The notes under the pieces were generated by a model. It was not told where the DNA came from, did not search any database, and was given only the letters and a program-made list of their open reading frames with translations. From assembly GCF_009914755.1 (NCBI RefSeq), contig NC_060928.1: a stretch of DNA of 64,000 nt; one strand, given 5' to 3'. This document shows, piece after piece, positions 1 to 13,694 of the stretch. Numbering within the stretch: the stretch's first letter is position 1; every line of letters begins with the position of its first letter. The DNA is from the human T2T-CHM13v2.0 reference genome, Homo sapiens. Both the position numbers and the translations under genes were made by a program.

Positions 1-1661
1 ATGGCTGGACAAGTAGCCAAGACCTTTCCTCCTTAAGAAAAAAATTTAAAGGCCACTATTCTAAATGCTTCTGATGTTTATTTGAAAATGACTGCAGGAA
101 TTCCAATGATTAAAATAAATCTTCCTTATTTCCATATGATCTAGTTCCTCAATCAACTCCTAACAGCATCAGGAATAATACATGATGGAAAAATGAAACT
201 ACAGCAGCTGAGACCCACAGTGCCAGCCAGACAACCACCCACAGGACACTCCGGCTACTCAAAGGCAATTAGGACTTTGAAGCCACTTATAACCCTGACT
301 CATAATGGCTACAGGGCATATGAATTATCCATATCTATTCCGCCTTACCAAGAAATCAGAACAAGATAACAATTACAATCCACAAATACGATCTACCAAG
401 GCAAGGGAGGGCAAATGGAGCCAACATTTGCAAACCCAGCAAAGAGTTAAGAATCCCGGGCATGCCTCGCTAGATAGGAAAAATGCATTCACAGACGGCC
501 TTGGCCAAATTATTTTCACTTTAGATGTGTATCGCTGCACCACATGGACATCTTATTTAATCAAATCACGTGTGGGCTTGATCCTCCCCCTTACCCTACG
601 TGCCCCCAGCTACCCAGAGGAAACACTCGCAGTCTTTTGCCAGATTCATTGTTAGCAGCTGGGATCCTCCATGCAATTCAATTCGAGTCCATCTCACCAG
701 AGTCCACAGAAAGTTTCGCTTGTTTCCCAAGTTGCCCAAACTTTCCTTCCGAGAGCATTCCATTGTGCTGAATGCAAACACGCCGAGGTCCTCCGTCCCC
801 CCACTAGACTCCAGAGATTACGAGGAAACTGCTTGCGTTATTTTCCCCCCTGTATGAATTGTAGCCAGCAGAGACTGTGGAATTGATGTATTGCTGTCTA
901 TTTTTACACTAGCAGCGAGCAGCTCCACACACAGTCCTGCATAAACTCTATTCTCTCTCAGCTTCAGGCAGCTCTCCGTGGTACAGGAAGATTTAACCAT
1001 TGGCTTCCCTGCCACCGACGCGAACGGAAAACCTTGCACTGCCAGGCGTTTCTTTTTATTCGCTGGCCAAATCTTTCAACCACGTATAGGAGTTTTAAAG
1101 GAAGCAGCATCGTTGTTTTGTGTTCTGTGGGAAAAGCAATCTAAAATAGCCCAGCAGGATTATTTAGGATTTTGTAAGTTCTCTGTCTGATGAACAGAGA
1201 GAGAGGGGGGAAAAATCCGGACTAGAGTCAAAACGGACTATATTTGAACACATCCATTTTAATATTTTTATCTTCGTCTTATTATAAATAGAAATGGCAT
1301 TTTTCCAACCAGGCCACTAAACACCACTGGAAAGACTTCAGCTTCTGATTCATATCAATATCTTAGAGCATAAATATTGCATATGAGTAGAAACAGTGCC
1401 AAAGTCACATGGAAAGAGTTTCTAACTGCAACAGATACTGATGACAGCAGCTAAGCTTTGATTTGCTCAAGCCATCTCAGAGCCACCTTAAAATAGCAAA
1501 CTTATTGGAGTTAAGATAAGATTGAGATTCTTCTAAAAGCTCCTGCCTGGACTACTTTCCTGGCTCCTCTCTTTGCCCAAGCCCATCCCCCCTTACAGGA
1601 ATAATAGCATCTGAGGGAAGCGTCAGTTGTGGCTGCAGCGCCGAGCCCTGCCCCAGCTCAC
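1..1661 (-). other. PPARGC1A: 5' part of PPARGC1A intron 1
   Basis: It follows the exon 1a donor, and no exon 2 sequence (CAALVGEDQ...) is seen in the window. Confidence 0.9.
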
Positions 1662-1715
1662 CTCGATGTCACTCCATACAGACTCAGAGTCCTGGTTGCA
1701 CATGTCCCACGCCAT
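1662..1715 (-). CDS. PPARGC1A: PGC-1alpha canonical coding exon 1a (MAWDMCNQDSESVWSDIE); exon 2 lies left of the window
   Basis: The minus strand reads ATG GCG TGG GAC ATG TGC AAC CAG GAC TCT GAG TCT GTA TGG AGT GAC ATC GAG, followed by the phase-0 donor GAG|gtgagc (1661-1656). The peptide matches the known human PGC-1alpha N-terminus. Confidence 0.98.
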
Positions 1716-1835
1716 CCAGCTCCTGAATGACGCCAGTCAAGCTTTTTCAACTCCAATCCACAGTGACACAGAGCACACACTCATGCAGGCAACCAGCCCC
1801 TTACTGAGAGTGAACTGAAGGCACCTGTCTTACTA
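1716..1835 (-). other. PPARGC1A: 5' UTR of exon 1a; TSS region about 1805-1835
   Basis: The minus strand TAGTAAGACAGGTGCCTTCAGTTCACTCTCAG... matches the recalled mRNA 5' end. An AT-rich element lies about 25-33 nt upstream. Confidence 0.8.
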
Positions 1836-1844
1836 CAGTCCCCA

Positions 1845-1854
1845 GTCACATGAC
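1845..1854. promoter_or_regulatory. Near-palindromic E-box/M-box GTCACATGAC (MiT/TFE or USF type) in the core promoter
   Basis: The motif is read directly. MITF, TFEB and TFE3 are established PPARGC1A activators. Confidence 0.65.
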
Positions 1855-1857
1855 AAA

Positions 1858-1869
1858 GCTATTAAAAAG
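1858..1869. promoter_or_regulatory. AT-rich TATA-like core promoter element
   Basis: GCTATTAAAAAG lies about 25-33 nt upstream of the exon 1a start. Confidence 0.5.
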
Positions 1870-1929
1870 TAGGCTGGGCTGTCACTCACCCAGCCTCCCT
1901 TCCCCTGTGCAGCTTGCTGCTCTAACTCG

Positions 1930-1937
1930 TGACGTCA
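1930..1937. promoter_or_regulatory. Full palindromic CRE (CREB/ATF2 site) of the canonical PPARGC1A promoter
   Basis: TGACGTCA with intact CpG about 100 bp upstream of the TSS, consistent with the well-known proximal CRE. Confidence 0.92.
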
Positions 1938-1975
1938 CTCAAAGGCAGCCCTCTGCTTCAGTGAAGTAACGCTTT

Positions 1976-2021
1976 AAAAAAAAAAAAAAGAAAGAAAAAG
2001 AAAAGAAAGAAAGAAAGGAAA
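1976..2021 (+). repeat. A-rich/(AAAG)n purine tract in the proximal promoter
   Basis: An A run followed by gaaagaaaaagaaaagaaagaaagaaaggaaa. Confidence 0.85.
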
Positions 2022-2359
2022 CACTTAGACTTTTGGAGGCTTCAAGCATCATGCTGTGATTAAAGCCAGCTTTGAATGCCACAGACTCTAAACGGAGCCC
2101 TGGCCATATAATAACCAAAATCCCCTGCAATCTTTTTTTAATTTATTTTCCTTCCAAAACAAGCAAGTGGCAAAGCTCCCTGTTTCATGACAGAGTAACT
2201 ATATTCTTAGCTAAAACGTGTATTCCCTAAGAACTCTTTAATTCTAAGATCTCCAAGTGGACTCAAGCTCAGTTTGGGACTAAAGCAAGAGCTTATCACA
2301 TGATGCATTTTTATGAGACATTTTCTCATTGAGGGAGTGTTTGAAAGCGCAAACGGGGC

Positions 2360-2431
2360 TTTTTTTTTTTTTTTTTTTTTTTTTGCTTGTTTAATCAACA
2401 AAATAGCCTGTATGTGTTAAGGTATAAACAA
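2360..2431. promoter_or_regulatory. T25 tract followed by two forkhead (FOXO/insulin-response-like) motifs
   Basis: TTGTTTA at 2387-2393 and TAAACAA at 2425-2431. FOXO1 regulation of this promoter is established, but assigning it to these exact sites is inference. Confidence 0.5.
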
Positions 2432-3141
2432 ACTCCTCCACCCAGAATTCGGCTGCCCCCATGGCAGTAGGGAATACCAGCTCCCGAAGAGTTGCTGCAG
2501 TTTTCTTTGCTCCATATAAGGAGAACAAGCCACAAAACCCCATCCTTTCAGCTTCCTTCTAATTATTTCCATTTCTCTCATAGGCTCCCAGAAAACAAGT
2601 GTTAGTAAATACAGTCGCTGCTGCTCTGCTCAGATCAGCTTTGATTCCCGGCTCCTATTTTTCATACATGTAGCGTTTCCTCCCTAACTGCCTTAGGGTG
2701 CCTTTTTGAATAAACATTGAATTCCAACCCTAGTGCCCTGGGTTGTGTAGTTTGCGTTTTGAAATCAAGAATGTCTGTGAACTGAGGGAAAAATACCAAC
2801 ACACTATTAGCAGAAATATTCAATTCCTGAGCTTTACTTTCTATTATTTTTCAGCTTGTACCTTGAGACAATGAGGGCTAATGCAGGTAGGTGCAACTGT
2901 TTTATGATGACACTACATATTGAATACATAACAAACTCAAGGTACTGGACACAGTGGAAAAACACTTCCTGTAACATGACAGTGGTCTGACTTAACCCTT
3001 CCAAGTTCCCAGGAGATGTACACGTGTATGTATCTGTGTGAATAAACATGTTTTCATAAAATGTTAAACCCAATATACTTTTAGAATCAGCTCAATTCTT
3101 TTACTTGATAATAATTTACCTGAAAACAATCCCCCAGTTAC

Positions 3142-3151
3142 CTAAATATAA
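3142..3151. promoter_or_regulatory. MEF2 site
   Basis: CTAAATATAA fits YTA(A/T)4TAR. It lies 1.3-1.4 kb upstream, near where a MEF2 element is known in this promoter. Confidence 0.7.
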
Positions 3152-3308
3152 TTTGTAAAGCATTATTCTACTGAGGTTAATTTACACTGTTCTTCATTGT
3201 CCATCTCCTTAAACAGAAAAACATGGTTATTTGCCCTAACACATATTTTAAATATTAAATTGCTCAAATATTAAAGTGAAAGAAAGAACAAAAGAAACAA
3301 AATACCAG

Positions 3309-3571
3309 CAGACTGCTGCTTCTTTCAGACCATACATATTATAAGAGATTTGTGTGCTGTGAGAGCTGCAACAAGTTGCTAGTAAATTCCCAAATAATGT
3401 AAGGAAGTTGACAGTTTATCATTACTGGGCATAAAAAGGTGGCCAAGAGCTTTGACATTTTAAGTTTGCTGAATACAGTTCACCAGCACATTTTCCCTTT
3501 TATAAACAGCAGAAAATTACTGTAGTTTTAATTTTCTAATGAAAGAACAGGAAAATACAACCTCGGGAATG
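3309..3571 (+). repeat. Local direct duplication, copy 1 (~265 bp)
   Basis: It aligns by eye to 5276-5542 with about 20 substitutions and one short indel. Confidence 0.92.
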
Positions 3572-3683
3572 CTTTTATACAAGCAATTAGTGGCATTACT
3601 CTGCACTCCCCACAAAGAAACACTAATTTTCTTCCCAATTATATTCTGATTTAATGTAAAACTTCAGTAAATTATTAAAATTC

Positions 3684-3696
3684 AGGACAAAGGTCA
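3684..3696 (+). promoter_or_regulatory. DR1 / PPAR response element
   Basis: AGGACA-A-AGGTCA with an AT-rich 5' flank, about 1.9-2 kb upstream, consistent with the known distal PPRE. Confidence 0.8.
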
Positions 3697-5275
3697 TTGG
3701 CTCTGCCCTCAAGGATCAACTGTGAAATAATATTGGTCACCTGGCCAAGAAGAGTCAATGTTTATTAATTATTATCATGTGATTCTTCCATTGTGATATT
3801 CACTGATACCTTTATTTGTGTTTATCCAATGCTAGATATTCATCATATTTTTAAAACCTATTCACATCTTTTAGAGATGTTCTTTACATTAGAACAGGCT
3901 CGTTATAATTTTTGATATTCTAACCTGCCCAGATTGTATTGTTAGGGTTTTCTTATTTTTTGCCATCTAATTCTACTTCTAAAAAATCAAATCAGCACAT
4001 GCACTGAAACCAGAAGTGATTTCAAATACACTTGTGTTTTCTTCACTCTCACTATCACAAAGAGGATGGAATTCAGAAGTAACAACATTTAAAAGACTCA
4101 TAAACTACAGTATATTGCATTTCCCCCTCAAATTTCTATTACTGGACAAATCAAAATTAAATAGATTCCTAGGACAAATTAGAGTGCTTTCCACGATATT
4201 TTTTTTTTTGTCTTAAAACTACAACTGTAATGAGAGGGATGTTTTAGAGGTTTTATAATTTTGTTAATTAACTCTTCAGATTAAATTTTTTCTTCAGTCC
4301 AGTTTTTTTTTTTTTCTTTTCTCAGGAGAACTTAAATGGTTCATTGCTCACCAACCTTGGTTTTTTTCTGGTTCCCCGGGCCATTTCTCTATTTAATTCT
4401 CTCTCTGCTTTGACTATTTCTCTTACTCTCTACCCACAGCCCTCCTTTCACCCCTTCGTCAACTCTGTCTCCAAAATTCCCAAATATCTGGTTTCAGACA
4501 ACAAGGATCTATTGAAACCTTACTGTGTGCACAGCCATGTATCACAAGGACTGCCAAGAAAGCATATGACATGGACACAAGAGAGCTTACAATTTTAGGG
4601 GGATGACAACCCTTAAAAATGGGGAATAATTTGGTATGAAAAACCAACGTCACTTGGATCAACACCCAGATTCCTCTTCTACTGCTTAAAACACACCCTG
4701 GTGAGATACAAGTTCCTTTCATTGACCACTGCAGTTCACACCCAAATCAAACCCATTTTTTCTCAACAATAGAAAGAGGTATTTATTAACATCTGCTGAG
4801 TGCCCCCAATGTTGCATATCTACACAAAGCCTACATTCCATCCTGATAATTTCTCCCCTCTGTAGTTCTGTTAACATTTTCCAGGGTTTCAATATTAGTA
4901 GAGGCAGGAGAATCTATCTCGAGTTGCTAACAAAGAGAAAAAAAAAAACCTCAAGAGAATAATTCAATTCTCTAACAAATACGTTGACTGAAGTGTATAA
5001 CATTTGGGTTTCCTTCCTCACTCCTACTCCAAATTAAAGGCTTTTCCCATCCCTCCATATTTCAGACAACTGCCCATTTCTAAAAATTAGAATCAAATTC
5101 AAACCCTCAAACTCAAAAACCTCAGAGAATAGCAAAAACAATTGGTTTTGTTGTCTATATTGAATATAGGTGATTTCAGAAGCAAACTCAGAAGAGCTAT
5201 TAGGATAAATATATTTGTTCATTTGTTTTTATAAGTTTATAAGTTTTTATTTTAATAAAACAAACAAAAAACTAC

Positions 5276-5542
5276 CAGACTGCTGCTTCTTTCAGATCAT
5301 ACATATTATAAGAGATGTGTCTACTGTGATATCTGCAGCAAGTTGCTAGTAAATTCCCAAATAACGTAAGCAAATTGACAGTTTATCATTACTGGGCATA
5401 AAAAGGTGACCAAGAGCTTCAACATTTTAAGTTTGCTGAATACAGTTCATAAGCACATTTTCTCTCTTACACACAGCAGAAAATTACTGTAGTTTTAGTT
5501 TTCTAAATCAAGAAAGAACAGGAAAATACAACCTCGGGAATG
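5276..5542 (+). repeat. Local direct duplication, copy 2
   Basis: Runs from cagactgctgcttctttcaga to aaaatacaacctcgggaatg, shared with 3309-3571. Confidence 0.92.
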
Positions 5543-7693
5543 TTTCCATATACACTATTTATACAATAACTACATAAGAATATATGTATGCAGAAACTTC
5601 TCAAGAAAGAAAGGTGGAAAGCAAGACATATACAGCAGACCACGTATGGGCTAGACATTAAGATCAGCACTTCATATACCACATCTCAGTCAATTTAGTC
5701 CTCCAAACTATCCAATAAAAATGACCTGTGTACCCATTTTATGATGGAGAAAAATAAGGCTGGGCAAGGTTTGGAGGGCAGCTGGAAAGAGCATGCAAAT
5801 CGCTGAAAGCCTTTCTAGGAAGAACTAAAGTTTCATCCATAAGAATAATAATCATCCTCAAATCAAAGCCATAGCAAAGACCCTGGAGGCAACTTTATAA
5901 CTGAGGGACAGTCTACATAGCTGGAAACCAATATTCCTGGGAATGCTGCCTGCCTAGAGCATTCGTCCAGAAAGCAAAGGGGCCTGCCTAGAATTGCTAA
6001 TATTTTTCAAGTTAGTCATTGTTAACAGGCATTCAATTGCTTGCTTTTAATTCCTAGAGGGACTAATTGATCCTGATACCCCACATCAGTTTCTAAACAC
6101 ATGCTTTGGGCCTCTGGTTAGAAGCAGAGACTGCATAGAACACAAAAGTTGGTAGCAGGATAGGATATAACAAAGACTTCTATTCTATAAATACTATAAA
6201 ATTAAACCTCATTTTGCTTGAAAAAAATGCCACAGTGATGTCCATGTGAACAAAGAACCTTTGAGGAAATAACTAGAGGAAAATCAAGACAGCTTGAATG
6301 TCTCCTAGCATTTATTTTTATTTTTTTAATAAACAAGTTATGATAGACAACCTTAGCAAAAACATCTCTCATCTCCAGTAAAACCTTCTGCAGACCGGCT
6401 CTATGGAACTGAGTCAGCCTCTATTTTAATTTGGACCTCAAAATGTGCTTTTGGTGTTTTTCATATTAAAACAAAAAATAACATGAAAGTTAATCTGAGT
6501 TGCAGTCAATTGGACTAATCTAAACTTAAAGCAACAATTGTACTTATTAAGCACAGAGATAAGAGATAATAAAAGGGTGGTTAAAATCTGATTTTGTCTG
6601 ATGTTCAACTCGGTTGTATTTGTGAATCCACATTTTCATTTACCTTAATTATTCCAGGTTAATTTATCTATAATGCAGACAGTTATTGATTATTTAGACA
6701 ATAAATGTTCAATAGGATTATCTAGCAATTTTTTTAAGTGGAACTGAACAAGGCATATTACATATTGTCAAATTTGGCACTATTTAAAATTTTAAAGTGC
6801 TACAGAACTTCAATACATAACATAACATTTCATTTACTAAGAAGGATTTTTTTTTTTTCACACTAGCTGAACTTAGTAAGTGCCAGGGAAAATTAAGGTA
6901 CACAAATTGTTTAACTGAAAAAAAAAAAAAAAAAAGCAATCAAACCATTCCCGTGATACTTATTTTTTAGTGCTTGAGTACTAATTAGCTTAGCTTTTCT
7001 CGATCTTAGAGAAACAAAACAAAACTGTATTTTGCAAATAGTCTCAAAAAGGTAACAATAAATATATATATTTTTTTCTTTTTCTTTTTCTTTTTTTTTT
7101 AATACCACCAGGCAGAGTCTTGGAAAGATTTTTGGTTATTTGACTTGTGTTTCTGTTATGGGTTTTTCCAGTGCTTTGATATTTGAATTTTGCTCTAGCT
7201 AAACTGATATGTATATACATATATCCCAAACATGTCGGAGAGGTAGAAGGGAAATAAATTCTCATCTTAAGAAGCAATTAGCTTTGAGGTCTAAGCTCAG
7301 TTTTGTGGTGACAGATAAACTCTTACTTTATATTTGCTAGCCCAATTAGACACAAGACTTTTGAGAAAACATCCTTAACCAAGACGACCGCTTCTAGGAT
7401 TGACCTCTACATTTAGCAGCTCAATCGAAAAATAGATGTCAGATACTACTGGTAGGATTATACTGGGTATAATTTTTATACAGAGCAAGCAGGCAATATA
7501 TATTCAAAACTTCTAAAAACCTCATAGACCTAGAACATCTACTTCTAGAAATTCATCCTAAGGCAATAATAAGGGAATGTGTACAAAGATTTTTCATATT
7601 AGGATGCCCAATGCGACATTATTTGCATTATTGAAAACTTGAATGCAATGTGAATATCCAACATTAAGTGACCTGGTTCAATAAATTATAGAG

Positions 7694-7694
<1 letters not shown>

Positions 7695-7734
<40 letters not shown>

Positions 7735-7742
7735 CACACACA
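7695..7742. repeat. Compound microsatellite (TG)n(TA)n(CA)n, probably within an old L1ME-like fragment (~7490-8040)
   Basis: The dinucleotide runs are seen directly; the flanks resemble a degenerate L1M 3' end. Confidence 0.8.
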
Positions 7743-10579
7743 TATTTATATTTAATATTATCATTAAAATCAGTTGTAAAATATATTTAATAGCATAATG
7801 GGAGAGTGTTCAAAATACATTAGGGTTTAAAATGAAGCTTGAAAAAACTATAATCATGAAAAGTTTACCTGTAAAAATATATCCTCAGAAAGAAGAAGAG
7901 GATGAGGAGGAAATGTAACAAGCTGTTCGTAGTGGCTGACGACGTTATAAGTACTTTTTACGTTCCTTTATGTGAATGTGCCTTTCTGTAATTTTCAAAT
8001 TTTCTCTTATAAACATGCATGACTTTTATATTCAGAAGAAGAAGAATTATTCAGTTTTGAGAGGAACAGAGAGATTCAGTATTAAAGCCATGCCTGCTTA
8101 ACATACTGGGAATGTAGCAGATAGAAATAGCCCCTGACGCCCAATATTATATCTCAAATATGCATCATATATTTAAAATGAAGCCATTTCTGCCTGTCAT
8201 ACCAAGTCCAACAGCTGCTCCACTTAGGATGCAAAGCTCATGAGCAACACTGAGGGAAGTTAGTACCTGGTATACTTAGAAATCCCAGAATTATGGAGAG
8301 AAGGAAGCTATCAGCTACTATCAGCTTGCCTCAGAGGTAGACCCAAAACCACTAACCCCCAGACATGACTACCATCTTCCCTTTGTTTCTCAATCTGAAA
8401 TTTAATCAATTGTAAAGTCAATTTTCTCTTTAAAAATCTTAATTAGCCCGGGTGGGGTTAAAGAAACTTCATTCATTTATACAATAGTAAATATTTTCAA
8501 GAATGGTATAAATAAATAGGTAAGAATAATTCTTGAGAAGAGGGTCTACCAACTAACTGGGGAAAAAAGGAGGGGCCACCAGCAAAGGCTTAGAGAAAGA
8601 GTGTTTGGAGACATGGCTTCCACTGGAGATGACTGAAATTGATTTGACCAGGAAAATGCAGTCCCAGTTTCAACCCGGTGACATACAAGTAAATTTCTGG
8701 AACACAGCCCATCCCTAAATGTGAAACAACCTGTGTAAATGCTGCCATGTTGCAGCCCCGTGCTTGGGCAGAAAGCTCATGTTTGGCTTCTCAAATATCA
8801 CAAGAGGGGATAACTCACTTTCTTTCCCCTGGAAGGTCAACTATATTCATAGGAATGAAAGCTTTATATCAGCCAATTTGATTTCATGTTCTCAAATTTC
8901 CTGGGCCTTTTCTGCAGATCATTCTTCCTACACATGGGTGTTTGTTATTTTGACCATTAAGAATATTTGTAAGAAGAGGAGTAATGAGGTTTAAACCAAA
9001 GTCAGCCAGCCTTATGAGATTTAAGGTGAGTACTGGAGACTCAAGTCTATCTGACAGGTGGAGTCACTTTGAGGATCTTGATTCAGCCCAAAATGAAAGG
9101 AAAGTGCATGGTAAGAAGAACATGGCCCTCATTCAGCTATGTCACTTGCCAGCAATTTGACTTTGGGTGATTCATGTAATGATACTGAGCCTCGGTTTCC
9201 TTATCTGTCAACAAAGATGGCCGGATTCAATTAAATCAAAGATCTCTGCCAGATCTAAAATGCAGTGATGTGCCTGTCTTGACAGAGACAGACAACTCAG
9301 GAAGCCTTCTTTGCACAGGGTGAATCCAAATGTCTCATTTCACAAAGATACTGGAAATCAGAGATATTGTACAAGAAAGGCAACTGGCGCTCAGTGTTGA
9401 TGCTGAAAGAGCACAGCTTCATCATTTTCCTTGCAATACAGATATTTAACCACTCAACGATTCTAGAAAAAGAATACTAGAGAACTTGTGAAATATAATA
9501 CTTTCAACCACAGGTATTGGCTCTGAGAAGATCAGCTTCTTAGAGACCAGCATTTCTTACAAAGCTCAGGTAGCTGTCCAGAGAAACAGTGGGCTTTCAT
9601 CTTGTTTATCATTAATTCTGGAAAGTAGCACGAGTCATATGTAAGACCGAGTCCCTGCATGCACAGCAAGTGTGAAAACCACACAACTGATGTGGTAGTC
9701 ATTACAAGTGATTTAGAAATGGTGTCACCCAGAGAGAGAAGATTTAGAAAGAAGGGTGGATATTATATTCAGGGTTTTGTAAATAAGAATAAGGTCTACA
9801 GCAGCTAAGGAAATGAGAGCTTAAAATAACATCCTTTCTTCCTAATATGAGAAGACCCTCCTTAAATAAAAAGCTCATTATATTTGGTAAAAGACTGTAC
9901 ATATTTTTAATTTAGAAGGAATCAGCTGAGATATTCATGTAGGGTGTGGAGGGAGGAAAAAAGGTCATATGCCTAATATTTTACCATAACAGTATTAGCA
10001 AATGTATTAAACCAAGACCATATCACAGGATAGCGTTACCTTTTCAACTTTTTCCTTTGTACATACGACTCTATTGAGCAAGAGGTAGAAGATGTATGCT
10101 TTGATGCCACCTAAGACCAACCAGCTTGGAGGTTTTCCTTTAAGGTTGAGTGAATTAGTCACAGGAAAATTAACTTCTCTACCAGAAATTAGGAGAGGGA
10201 GCACTGACAACATAGGAGTAAGGAAAGTATGACCAGGTAAATGATAAACCTCAGTCAGGACAATGCCTTGATAAACCCTCAGCTATTCTCACACAATGCT
10301 GGGTTCTCACTAGCAGTATTCACTGGCATTACATTCACATTTTCCTGCAACCAGGAAGAAGAAGCAATAAGAAAACTAACATAGCAAATCTTGATTCTGT
10401 GCTTGTGAGACAATCTGCAAAAAGAGGTTGATGAGAGATCCATTTTAAACAAGCCAAAACCTCTATTATTCTTTGAAGGGTCCAGATTGTACTTTGCACC
10501 AAGCAGGTGATCAGAGTAAATTCTTTCTCTACCTCTTTTCAAAACAAAAAAACAACTTTAACAATTCCTGAGGTGGGTA

Positions 10580-10891
<312 letters not shown>

Positions 10892-11309
10892 CCTGAGGTG
10901 GACCTTTCTACCATCCATGTTAGTAGATCCATTTGCATGCAGGCCACCTAAAAACAGGCCACACCTAACATTTTGTACAGCCATACAAAGCCACTAAGTG
11001 GGAACTCCCACCTGGGGCTCTCCTGTGGGTATGTTCAGCTTGTGTGCTCTCTTTGTCTTCTCTATGACATCATTCAATGTTATTTATTATGTAAAACCAC
11101 AGGACAGGAGTGATCTCCTGCATTGTGTTATGCTTTGTAACTGCTGACGCACCATATTTCAGCTTTGTTATTTTGTTTTAGCCCGAATCACACAAAACTA
11201 CAGCTAATAATTTTCTAGGAAAAAAGCAATTTAAATATTAATTAATGTGAAATAAACCTATTCATTCCACTTAGAGTATTATGGTTGTTAGGGATTTTAT
11301 ACTTGAAAG

Positions 11310-11700
11310 TATGGCCAAATATATCAATGAGAATTAATGAACTTCTGCTACACACCAAAATGTAGATAAATCCCAGAAATGTAATGTGAAGCAAAGGAAG
11401 CCAGACACACATAAAAGGTGCATACGTTATAATTCCACTTCTATAAAGCACAGAAACAGATATTTAACCTAGGCGGCTGCAAATCAGGTGAGAGGTTGCC
11501 ATGGGTGGTGGTTTGGGGCAGGGCAGGGAGAACCACAGTCAACCGGGAGGAAGGCTCCAGCAAGCTAGTTAGGGTTTCTTTCTTGCTGTCTGTGCTGGTT
11601 ACATGGGTACATTGTTACTGACAATTCACTGAGCTAAACTCTTATGATACATGTACTTTTCAGTATCATATACTTCGATAACAAGTTTAAAATGCATAGA
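11310..11700 (+). mobile_element. Old L1 (L1ME-like) 3' fragment
   Basis: Degenerate hallmarks such as gaagccagacacacataaaagg...ataattccactt and ggttacatgggt...aattcactgagct...tacttttcagtat. Confidence 0.6.
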
Positions 11701-12079
11701 AAAGAAAGAGAAATAAATGTTTCTATACCATAAATTTTTGAAGTTTGCTGCCTGTCCAAAAAAAAAAAAAATTCCAAATGTCCAACTTACCTCCTTAAAG
11801 GGGCCCTTAAACCACTTAGACAAACAGCCTTGGAGCAGAAATCAAAGGACTTGATGTCTAGGCTTGTTTGTCTGACCTTGCACAAAGCCACTTTAAGTTT
11901 CTCGATCTATTTCCTCATCTATCAAAAAATAGAATAGGATTACATATTCTCTGCATTTATTTCTTGAATAAGTGAAGTGAAGGAATATTACAACTCTAAA
12001 ATTTTAGTCTTTCTTCTTGGTTCAAAACTCATTATTGAACGGTGTCATTGACTTGGTTGGAAAATGTGTCCCTCTTCTC

Positions 12080-12290
12080 TGAGAGCATGGACTTTGGGGT
12101 CAGACAATGTAGATCTGTTACTTATTATCTATCTGTAGGAACTCAAGACAGTTACCTAAACTATCTGAACCTCAAGCACTTCATCTACAAAAATGGAAAT
12201 ATAAATGCCTATTTTACATGGCTCATGTTAAGGTTAAAGAAAATGTGTATAAGCCAAGTGCTTGGCATATAATAGCTACTCCATAATGAT
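12080..12290 (+). mobile_element. MIR
   Basis: gagagcatggactttggggtcagac...cctcaagcacttcatctacaaaaatgg...gtgcttggcatataatag. Confidence 0.7.
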
Positions 12291-12687
12291 GCCTGCCATT
12301 CATGTTTGACTGCTTAAAACTCAATGTAAAATCAAGCAACATTACAGTAGATGCAAGTCTTTGCTCTTCACCTGCCTTCCTCACCTAAGAAAAATAAAGA
12401 TTTGGAAACCAAGCACATCAGATGTTCTCTTTAAGTCCTATAGTAAGTCGACTTTCTATGAGGGACAGTGTTATCACAAGTTGTAGGAATGCCAGGTGCC
12501 TGTTTGTTTCTCTACTTACCTAAAGAAAAATAAAATCCAGCCTCATACCAGTCCCGAGCTGGCACTACATCTGAAGAGACCAGAAGCAGCAAGTGAAGAA
12601 AACAGTTTTTGTTTCCATTAGGCTGGCCACAAAGTTATTTGAGCCAAAAGTCTTTCAAGAATTTCTCTGTTAAGAAATAAAAAATCC

Positions 12688-13506
<819 letters not shown>

Positions 13507-13694
13507 CTATCAACTAAATTGTCTTAGCATTCACACTTCTCGCAAATTTGTGATCAATCATATAATCGCTTCTTAAATTGATAAATGACATAAAGGATAC
13601 ATTATATTTTGTCTTAGATATTTAAGGGTTTTTTTTTCTTTAAAGCAATTTTCTGTGTAGTGAAATGCTGGCAAGTTGCTATCTAAGTCCAAAA

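Noticed and set aside
1627-1818. 63-aa plus-strand ORF over exon 1a
   Set aside because: It is the antisense shadow of the real exon, has a non-ATG start and has no other support.
11872-11881. ERR-like TGACCTTG motifs (also at 56731)
   Set aside because: They are part of the MIR consensus (tgtgaccttgggc), so they are expected without any selection.
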